From the NCBI GenBank assembly GCA_035710125.1, contig DASTDY010000063.1:22446-86445 (forward strand): a stretch of DNA of 64,000 bases, in the 5' to 3' direction. Shown piece after piece: positions 36,623 to 43,448 of the stretch. This DNA comes from Candidatus Saccharimonadales bacterium (GTDB lineage Bacteria > Patescibacteriota > Saccharimonadia > Saccharimonadales > EFPC-124). The translations under genes were made by a program, and so were the position numbers. The stretch's first letter is position 1. Every line of letters starts with the position of its first letter. Under the pieces are notes generated by a model. It was not told the DNA's origin. It was given only the letters and a program-made list of their open reading frames with translations, and did not search any database.

Positions 36623-36639
36623 TCACCTGTTTTCGGCAG

Positions 36640-36676
36640 ATGCCGGCCCTGTCATGGGGCCGGCATTTCGCTTTTT
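36640..36676 (+). terminator. Intrinsic terminator
   Basis: atgccggccc-tgtcatg-gggccggcat, then ttcgcttttt. Confidence 0.7.
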
Positions 36677-36694
36677 GGCCGATCGTTTGAAATA

Positions 36695-36723
36695 TTGACA
36701 TATTCAAAATACCTTGTTACAGT
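36695..36723 (+). promoter_or_regulatory. Candidate promoter for the initiator tRNA
   Basis: TTGACA (36695-36700), 17 nt spacer, TACAGT (36718-36723). The tRNA starts at 36736. Confidence 0.45.
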
Positions 36724-36735
36724 ATTATGGCACAC

Positions 36736-36810
36736 CGCGGGGTGGAGCAGAGGCAGCTCGCTTGGCTCATAACCAAGAGGTCGGGGGTTCAAGTCCCTCC
36801 CCCGCTACCA
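36736..36810 (+). tRNA. Initiator tRNA-fMet (CAU)
   Basis: 75 nt, starts CGCGGGG as in bacterial initiators. C1 is unpaired with U72, A11:U24 is present, anticodon loop CTCATAA, CCA encoded. Confidence 0.95.
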
Positions 36811-36812
36811 TG

Positions 36813-36844
36813 AAAAGACGATCACTTTATGTGGTCGTTTTTTC
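36813..36844. terminator. Terminator hairpin shared by the tRNA (+) and the beta-helix gene (-)
   Basis: acgatcac-tttat-gtggtcgt (one G-U pair) followed by T5, preceded by A4. Confidence 0.55.
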
Positions 36845-36851
36845 GTAGTAG

Positions 36852-39566
36852 CTACCAGGTGATTGGTGTTGCATTGCCTGATCCAAACAAGAACTGTCCG
36901 TTTGAATCACCGCTGCTATTGTTGTTACGGATTGACCACACGCCATTTGTGCCAACTTGGCCGATGGTGTCGGTGCCGTTGCCATCCCAGTCGCCAATAA
37001 CCGCTGTGCCACTTGAGTTACCAAAGTTAAAGTTACCAGCGTCTGGTGGGCCTGCGCTATTGCTGTTGCGGAGCAAATATTTGGTGTTGTTTTCTACGAT
37101 TCCTGGCGTGTCGGTGCCGTCGCCGTCCCAGTCACCGGCAATCGGGCGGGCAAAGCCATAAATAAAGCTGTAGTCGGGTGCGCCGGCAGTGTTTACGTTG
37201 CGCATTCGCCAGTGGCCATTCGGTGTGACAAATCCAACCGAATCTGTGCCGTCGCCATCCCAGTCGCCGCACACGGGTTTGCTGTCGGCGGTGCCAAACG
37301 TAAAGCTGTTGTCTGCGGAGCCGGTGGTGTAGCTGGCGCGCATATACCAAGCGCCGCCGCTAAAAATTACAGGCAATTTTACGCCTGGCTGGCCTGGATC
37401 CCATGCGCACATAAGAAGGTGTGAGGGGAATCCGTATCCAAAATTAAGGTCAGGCGAGCCACTGGTTAGGTAGTAGCGGAGTTGCCAGTTGGCGCCGTTA
37501 GTAAGCCCTGGCTTGGCGGCGTTAACCAGTATGCAACGCGAAAACTCCGAGGTATCGCTTAAGTTTGGGCCCACCTTGCGGGTGGCGGTTGCGGTAATAT
37601 ATTTATTGCCAGGAACTTGGCTGCCAGGGGTAAAGCCAAAGGCGGTGTTGCCAAATTGGTCGGTCGAGACATCGGTTGACCCTAAAAAGTTTTGGCCTTC
37701 GCCGTGGTTTAGCGGGGGACCAGCATTGCAGCCGTCGTTCGAGAAAAAGTCTAACCTAAAGTTGGAGTTAGGAGTGCTATTAAACTGCCCGCCAATTTTA
37801 GTGGTGCTGCCAATGTTGCGCGCGCCCTGGATATTAGGGAAGTTTTGCAACCGGTTTGCGCCGCCATCGGGGTCGTTCTGGTCGTTTTGGTCGACAGTTC
37901 CGTTAGAGTTAAGGTCGATCCCTAATTTGCCCTGGCCGTTAAAGGCAATAGAGTTGCCGGTAATCGCGGCATCGATAGCCCCGTTGGTGACTACAATACC
38001 TCGGTCTACATTGCCCAAACTTCCCTGTTGGGTTGACTCGCCAATGAAGTTGCCGCTAATACGCGTGGCTACAGAATTTATCCCTACCACCTGTACGCCG
38101 TTCCCGCCGTTGCTAGCGATTACGTTGCGGCCAGCTGCGGTGCCATCGCCAATTTCGGTATTTGGCACTTCTAGAATGCCAATGCCATCTAGGCCGTTGC
38201 CAATCCCGCCAGTGCCCGCGGCGTTTGTGCCAATGAAGTTGCCTACAAAGTGGTTATTAAAACTTTGGGCGTCAATAACCAGCACACCGTTTTGCAAGTT
38301 GCCAGATATAAGGTTGCAAGATCCGGTACAGGCTCCGCCCGGGACGGTACCCGTTGTGCCCCCAATCGTGTTGTTGCGGGCTCCAACTGCGCCTGGCGAG
38401 GGGCCAATGCCTATGCCCATTTTGCGGTTCGGCACGGCGGCGGTGCCGGCTGAGTTTGTACCAATGTAATTGCCCTCAATGCGGCTACCGGCAGTGGCTG
38501 CGCCGGTGAGTAAAATGCCAGCGCCATGGTTGCCCGACAATATATTCCGCGCCGCCGGTGACGTACCACCAATGGTGTTGTTTGGGGCCTCGTTTAGCTC
38601 TACGCCTATGTCGCCGTTAGCGATAGATCCAGTACCTGAGGCATCCGTGCCAATAAAGTTACCAATAATAGAGTTATTTTGTGCGTCGCTGTGCCATACT
38701 CCCACGCCGTTTGCTCCATTGCCCGAAATTAGGTTGCATGCGCCAGTGCATGCGCCGCCTGGAGTTGTACCCGACGTACCGCCAATGGTATTGTTGGTAA
38801 GATTGCCCACCCCTTGTGAGTCATTAAATAGTACGCCGTCGCCAGCGTTGCCAATCCCGCCAGTGCCCGCGGCGTTTGTGCCAATGTAATTACCTAAAAT
38901 GACATTGCCTGTGGTGGTGCCGCCGTCTTGCGCGTTAATGACCACGCCGCTGCGGTTGCCCGAAATAACATTGCGCTGCGATGCGTTAGTGCCGCCAATG
39001 GTGTTGTTATTAGACGACGTGCCAGGGATAGACGAAAAAACCGCCACGCCTTCGGTGCCGTTGCCAGCGCCACCCATGCCGTCGGCTGTGGTGCCAATGT
39101 AGTTGTTTTGGATTATATTATCTGAGGAATCCAAAAAAATGCCGTTGGCGCTAAATCGGTTAATGATCAAACCTTTTATGGTGCTGCCGCTGCCTCCGCC
39201 GCTACCCCCGGTTATGCGCACGCCCACTGCTCCCGCTCCTGCACCCTGGCCACTTAGCTCGATCAGTGGCGCTCCGGCGTAGCCAGGTTGGGTGGTTGCG
39301 TCTACGATAACGGGATGGATAATAGGCGGAATCGGGGACGTTGGGATTATTTGCTTGTAGCCGCTGCCAATACTAAACGTAATAGTGTCGATGCCAGAGG
39401 TTGCGTTGGCGTCGTTTAAGGCTTGGCGCAGTGAGCCTGCGCCACTGTCGGCCACATTAGTGACGGTAAAAGTTGCAGCATTGGCGGGTGCTGCCCACAC
39501 AAGTGCCGCAAAAAAACCGAATGCAAGCGTAAATATAAAGCGGTAAAGACGGGGTTGGGCAAACAT
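36852..39566 (-). CDS. Secreted right-handed parallel beta-helix repeat protein with C-terminal FG-GAP/VCBS-like repeats
   Basis: Signal peptide ...ALVWAAPANA. More than 10 repeats of the type GN.IGT.A.GT...GN...GV......NTIGG. Three GDWDG(D/N)GTD motifs near the C-terminus. Confidence 0.85.
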   Translation of the reverse strand: MFAQPRLYRFIFTLAFGFFAALVWAAPANAATFTVTNVADSGAGSLRQALNDANATSGIDTITFSIGSGYKQIIPTSPIPPIIHPVIVDATTQPGYAGAPLIELSGQGAGAGAVGVRITGGSGGGSGSTIKGLIINRFSANGIFLDSSDNIIQNNYIGTTADGMGGAGNGTEGVAVFSSIPGTSSNNNTIGGTNASQRNVISGNRSGVVINAQDGGTTTGNVILGNYIGTNAAGTGGIGNAGDGVLFNDSQGVGNLTNNTIGGTSGTTPGGACTGACNLISGNGANGVGVWHSDAQNNSIIGNFIGTDASGTGSIANGDIGVELNEAPNNTIGGTSPAARNILSGNHGAGILLTGAATAGSRIEGNYIGTNSAGTAAVPNRKMGIGIGPSPGAVGARNNTIGGTTGTVPGGACTGSCNLISGNLQNGVLVIDAQSFNNHFVGNFIGTNAAGTGGIGNGLDGIGILEVPNTEIGDGTAAGRNVIASNGGNGVQVVGINSVATRISGNFIGESTQQGSLGNVDRGIVVTNGAIDAAITGNSIAFNGQGKLGIDLNSNGTVDQNDQNDPDGGANRLQNFPNIQGARNIGSTTKIGGQFNSTPNSNFRLDFFSNDGCNAGPPLNHGEGQNFLGSTDVSTDQFGNTAFGFTPGSQVPGNKYITATATRKVGPNLSDTSEFSRCILVNAAKPGLTNGANWQLRYYLTSGSPDLNFGYGFPSHLLMCAWDPGQPGVKLPVIFSGGAWYMRASYTTGSADNSFTFGTADSKPVCGDWDGDGTDSVGFVTPNGHWRMRNVNTAGAPDYSFIYGFARPIAGDWDGDGTDTPGIVENNTKYLLRNSNSAGPPDAGNFNFGNSSGTAVIGDWDGNGTDTIGQVGTNGVWSIRNNNSSGDSNGQFLFGSGNATPITW
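38196..38235. repeat. 40-bp perfect intragenic repeat, copy 1
   Basis: gttgccaatcccgccagtgcccgcggcgtttgtgccaatg, identical to 38847-38886. The offset is 651 bp, which is in frame. Confidence 0.9.
38847..38886. repeat. 40-bp perfect intragenic repeat, copy 2
   Basis: Identical to 38196-38235. Both encode ...TNAAGTGGIGN... on the minus strand. Confidence 0.9.
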
Positions 39567-39629
39567 AAAAATTCCTTAGTGGTTATGCTTTTAGTATAAG
39601 CCTGCACCTATCTTTGTTATAGTGGTTTC

Positions 39630-40109
39630 ATGGAAAATATTACACCACCGTTTGCAACCGACGGCCGCTGTATTGGCCTAATGAACCTACATGTGCCTAA
39701 CTTGCCAGAAACAATAGAGGTACAAGGGCATACTTTGCTAAGGAAAGAAGAATTCCACATTACACTCATGTGCCCTAAAAACATTGCGCCGGTTTTGCAC
39801 AAAGACAAGTCAGAGTTGGTCAGGTTTTTTGTTGAATATGCAAAGTCGCACGACCTAACCCGTTACACTTTGCTGCCAGAATACAGGCTGGTAAAAAAAG
39901 AAGACCGTATTACTGTGGTGGTTATGGTAGATATGCCAGCGCTTAACGATTTATTTGCGGCAATGAATGCAAAGTACGGTGCAAATATTCCAACTCAACC
40001 AGCCCACATTACAATATTTGGCTTGCAAACAAATTGGGGTATCGGTATAAATTCGCCCGAAGAGCTACAGCAGATCTCTACCCCAGTCGAGGTGCCTTTT
40101 ACGTTATAG
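39630..40109 (+). CDS. Putative 2H phosphoesterase superfamily protein (LigT-like)
   Basis: 159 aa with two H-x-T-x motifs (FHITLM and AHITIF) about 85 residues apart. Confidence 0.45.
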   Translation: MENITPPFATDGRCIGLMNLHVPNLPETIEVQGHTLLRKEEFHITLMCPKNIAPVLHKDKSELVRFFVEYAKSHDLTRYTLLPEYRLVKKEDRITVVVMVDMPALNDLFAAMNAKYGANIPTQPAHITIFGLQTNWGIGINSPEELQQISTPVEVPFTL

Positions 40110-40110
40110 G

Positions 40111-41484
40111 CTACCTAATTTTGGCGCAGGCAATGCGCACTGCCTCGCTCCAGGTAGGGAAAGCATGGATTGTGTTCGCAACCTCTTGTGCAGTTAAGCC
40201 ATGTTGGATTGCCAGTGTGAGCTCGTGGATCATTTCGCCGGCGCGCGGACTTACAATACTTGCGCCCAGTAAGGTGCCGTCTGGTTCTGCGACAACTTTT
40301 ACAAACCCGTCATCGGTATTTGTAGTGTTGGCGCGGCCAATAATGCTAATCGGAGCGAGCGCTTTTTTGTATTTCATGTCGCGGCGGATGCATTCGTCTT
40401 CGTTCATGCCAACAGATGCGACTTCGGGAGAAAGGAACACACAGCGTGGCACAGCGCGGTAATCGGCGACAACTTTTTGTTTGTGCCACATGTTGTGGGC
40501 TGCAATGCGGCTTTGGTAAATCGCGGTGTGCGTAAATTGGTAAGGGCCAACGCAATCGCCAGCGCCGTAAATGTGCTTGGCAGAGGTTTGCAGGTGTTCG
40601 TTAACGGTAATTGCTTTAGGGGTGTAATCTACGCCGGCGTTTTCTAGGCCTAAATCTACATTGGCAAGTTTGCCAGTTGCAATCATGATTTCGTCTACTT
40701 TTACCGATTTCATCTCGCGCCCCTGCTGGTAAAATACGCGTTTAGCCATGCCTTCTTTAGCGACCTTCATGACTTTGGTGTTCATGAGTACGGTTGCGCC
40801 ACGTTTTTCTTCTAAAATAGTGCCAACGAGTTCGCCGACCTCTTGGTCTTCTTTCATTAGAATGCGGGGCGTAATGTCGGCTAGGTAGATTTTGGTGCCG
40901 AATACACTAAATAGTTCGGCAAACTCAACGCCAATTGCGCCGGCTCCCGCAATAAAGAGCGATTTTGGCGGGCGCGATAGTTCAATGGCTTCGCGGGCAG
41001 TGATGTAACCGGCCTGCTCTAACCCTTCGATTGGCGGAATAAATGTATGCGAGCCAGTCGCCAATAAAAAGTGCTCAGCACTAAAATGACGGCGGTTCAC
41101 AGTAATTTCGTGCGCCGAAATAAAGTGGGCAGTGCCGGTAATAACTGTAATACCTTCGGCTTCGAATATACGTTTTCCTTGGTAGGTGCCAGTGCGATGT
41201 ACGGCGGTGTCTTTCCAGGCTTTTATGGTCGGGTAGTTATAGCCAAGGGTGCTGCCGCGTATGCCAAACTGCTGGCCATGACGTGCGGCGTCGTAAATGC
41301 CGGCGGCATGCAGCAGGGCTTTGGTGGGCACGCAGCCCCAGTTGGGGCATTCGCCACCGAGTACATGCTCGGCTTCTACTACTGCAACCCGTTTGCCTAG
41401 GTCGTTGCTAATATGCGCCGCCACGCTGCCACCGCCACCGCTGCCAATTACTATTAGGTCGTAGTCGTATTTTTGTTTTGCCAT
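40111..41484 (-). CDS. Class I pyridine nucleotide-disulfide oxidoreductase (dihydrolipoyl dehydrogenase-like flavoprotein)
   Basis: FAD site VIGSGGGGSVAA, redox-active disulfide GGECPNWGCVPTK, NAD(P) site IAGAGAIGVEFA, dimerisation domain ending HAFPTWSEA. Confidence 0.85.
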   Translation of the reverse strand: MAKQKYDYDLIVIGSGGGGSVAAHISNDLGKRVAVVEAEHVLGGECPNWGCVPTKALLHAAGIYDAARHGQQFGIRGSTLGYNYPTIKAWKDTAVHRTGTYQGKRIFEAEGITVITGTAHFISAHEITVNRRHFSAEHFLLATGSHTFIPPIEGLEQAGYITAREAIELSRPPKSLFIAGAGAIGVEFAELFSVFGTKIYLADITPRILMKEDQEVGELVGTILEEKRGATVLMNTKVMKVAKEGMAKRVFYQQGREMKSVKVDEIMIATGKLANVDLGLENAGVDYTPKAITVNEHLQTSAKHIYGAGDCVGPYQFTHTAIYQSRIAAHNMWHKQKVVADYRAVPRCVFLSPEVASVGMNEDECIRRDMKYKKALAPISIIGRANTTNTDDGFVKVVAEPDGTLLGASIVSPRAGEMIHELTLAIQHGLTAQEVANTIHAFPTWSEAVRIACAKIR

Positions 41485-41495
41485 TAGTTGATCCT

Positions 41496-41801
41496 TTATG
41501 CCGTTAAACGGTGGTGCACGTACATGTACGCAGCGTCTGGGTTATAAATTTTGAAATGTTCATATGCGTGGGTGCGAATGTCGAGCGAGGTGATTTCTTG
41601 TTTCTTCCTGAGCCATGGGGCGAGGTCTTGACAAACTTTGGCGGCAGTAAGTTCTGCCTCGCCAGACGGTGTCCGGACCGAAAGGCACGAGGCATATATG
41701 CTGGCGTATAGTTTGCGTTCATCGTAGGGTTCTTCATGGCCAGGTGATCGTTTAACAATATTAGTGAGTGGCTTATCCAAAGTTGATGACTCCGTTGGCA
41801 A
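41496..41801 (-). CDS. ATP-cone domain protein (stand-alone)
   Basis: IVKRSPGHEEPYDERKLYASIYASC fits the ATP-cone consensus V.KRdG..E.fd..Ki. The start is TTG at 41801 or TTG at 41780 (8-nt overlap with ccdA). Confidence 0.6.
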   Translation of the reverse strand: MPTESSTLDKPLTNIVKRSPGHEEPYDERKLYASIYASCLSVRTPSGEAELTAAKVCQDLAPWLRKKQEITSLDIRTHAYEHFKIYNPDAAYMYVHHRLTA

Positions 41802-42477
41802 TTAAGATCAAGATCCAACCGAGTGCAATTAACAATAGTCCCATGCCAAGGCGCATTGCACCTTTGCTTTCTTCTTTCCATTTTTGTACCGAGCTAATCT
41901 TGGCGCCACCCGCAACCAGCGCCAAAATAATTAACAGAGGTGCAACAAAGATAAAGTTGTACAAAACCATAAGGCCAAAGGCGGTCATATCAAAGTTAAT
42001 ACGCAGTACGGTAATAATGGCCAAATACGGTGCACCGGTGCAAGGTAGCTCTACCGCGGCAACAAACGCCCCCAGCAGCATAACGCCAAACACAGTGGTC
42101 TTGCTGGTAGACATTTGCTGAATTTTCATGGCAAAGTAATGTGGAATCTGCAAACTAAAGCCTTTGCCGTACCAAAAGTAATCTTTAATTTCGAGCAGTC
42201 CCGCTAAAATGACTAATAGCCCAACTGCAATAGACAGGTATTCTGCAATTAAAATCGGGATTTCAGACAAAAAGTATACCAAACCAAGGCCGGCAACCAA
42301 GTAAGTTGTAAAAATAGCAAAAATGTAAGCGCCGCCCAAAAGCAGCAGGCGTTTTACAGATTTGCCGGTGCCAAGCACAACCGATACCATTAAAATCAAT
42401 ACACCAATGGCACATGGGTTAATAGAGTCAATCGCTGCCGAGGCAACCACCAGCCCTAGAGTAGGCAGATCGAGCAT
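41773..42477 (-). CDS. ccdA: CcdA/DsbD-family transmembrane thiol-disulfide electron transporter
   Basis: Six TM helices with the two conserved Cys (SINPCAIGV and ELPCTGAPY). The ATG at 42477 overlaps the upstream stop (TAATG). Confidence 0.85.
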   Translation of the reverse strand: MLDLPTLGLVVASAAIDSINPCAIGVLILMVSVVLGTGKSVKRLLLLGGAYIFAIFTTYLVAGLGLVYFLSEIPILIAEYLSIAVGLLVILAGLLEIKDYFWYGKGFSLQIPHYFAMKIQQMSTSKTTVFGVMLLGAFVAAVELPCTGAPYLAIITVLRINFDMTAFGLMVLYNFIFVAPLLIILALVAGGAKISSVQKWKEESKGAMRLGMGLLLIALGWILILIANGVINFG

Positions 42478-43373
42478 TACCGAACCTCCGTATCTTCGCA
42501 AATTGAGCGTTTTGTTGCTTCTACGCCAAAGCGTTCGCATTTATCTTTGTCGCGTATACCGTATTGACGGCACAGTTTTTCGGTGCGGTCTTTGCGTGGT
42601 GCGAACTCCATAATAACGCAGTCGCCAGGGGGCACATCGCTGTAGTGCGATATGGTGTAGCTTGCTGGGTCGGTGAGTTTGGTTTGTTTGTAGGTTTTTG
42701 TGTTTTTGTCGAAGTTATACACAAACACCTGCACTTCGGCCTTGTCAGAGCCACAATTTTGGCCGCTTACAAACTTTGCTACTTTACCGTCAGCCTCGGT
42801 ACGTATAAAGGGCGCTAGGTCTTCTGGAGCTTGGGCGCCTGAGCCGTCGCCGTCTTCTTCGCCGTGGGCGTTTTCAAGAAGTTTATTGTCGTTTAAAGGA
42901 AATACCAGAGTGTCTTTAGATATCTGGCCGCCAACGACAGTCATAAATTTGCCGAGGCTTGCATCTTTTGGTGTGACAGGTACACCTTCTAGGTGGATTC
43001 GTTTGTCGTTGTGTTCGTGTAATGTAGCGGTACCAATTTTGTTGCTTAAAAAGCCCTGAGGTTCGCGCAGCTCAAGTTCGTTACCACAGGCCCATACTTC
43101 AAAATCGGCGTGCCAGTGTACGGGTCCGCCGGCAAAAGAGTTCACATTTAAATACACCGTGCCGGCACTAATTATAGTAGTGGTAGACAGCACAGTAACA
43201 AGAATCCCTAAAAATAGGGGGAGCTTAATTTTGGGCTTGCGCTTGCTGTAAGCCAAGGCGAGTCCAACTAAAATAAGCAAAACAACCGCGCCAATTGTTA
43301 CTGCATTAATAGAAAGCGCATTAATGCTTGCTTCTAGGTCGTCGGTTGCGACGTACGAGAGTACTGTGCCCAC
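42477..43373 (-). CDS. Hypothetical 2-TM ectoprotein with His-rich motifs, first gene of the ccdA operon
   Basis: GTG start. The ectodomain carries VHWHADFEVWACG...ATLHEHNDKRIHLEG and a second Cys pair. Confidence 0.6.
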   Translation of the reverse strand: MGTVLSYVATDDLEASINALSINAVTIGAVVLLILVGLALAYSKRKPKIKLPLFLGILVTVLSTTTIISAGTVYLNVNSFAGGPVHWHADFEVWACGNELELREPQGFLSNKIGTATLHEHNDKRIHLEGVPVTPKDASLGKFMTVVGGQISKDTLVFPLNDNKLLENAHGEEDGDGSGAQAPEDLAPFIRTEADGKVAKFVSGQNCGSDKAEVQVFVYNFDKNTKTYKQTKLTDPASYTISHYSDVPPGDCVIMEFAPRKDRTEKLCRQYGIRDKDKCERFGVEATKRSICEDTEVR

Positions 43374-43448
43374 GCTGTAGATTCCTGATTGATTTGTGTT
43401 TTTTAATCGCTTACGCTTACTATAGGGTATACCAGATTTAGGTCACAA

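Noticed and set aside
36014-36707. 191-aa minus-strand ORF 36014-36589 and five other ORFs overlapping the Nudix-like gene
   Set aside because: This is the same GC artefact. The + strand ORF is flanked by a near-consensus promoter and a + oriented terminator with a T-run. The minus ORF would start inside that terminator region and run into the promoter.
38196-38886. Repeated 40-bp units considered as a possible CRISPR or other array
   Set aside because: There are only two copies, 651 bp apart, in frame inside a repeat-protein gene. There is no spacer architecture and there are no cas genes.
36829-39125. Many + strand ORFs (for example 37489-38469, 326 aa, and 38470-38889) antisense to the beta-helix gene
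   Set aside because: They are Pro/Val/Leu-rich mirror translations of a Gly/Asn/Thr repeat gene. The minus ORF is continuous over 904 aa with a signal peptide and a recognisable repeat architecture.
43374-43448. Metal riboswitch (yybP-ykoY or M-box) upstream of the P-type ATPase or corA (12380-12397)
   Set aside because: The spacers are too short (75 nt and 18 nt) and I could not see the conserved cores. An Rfam scan is still advisable for 10922-11131.
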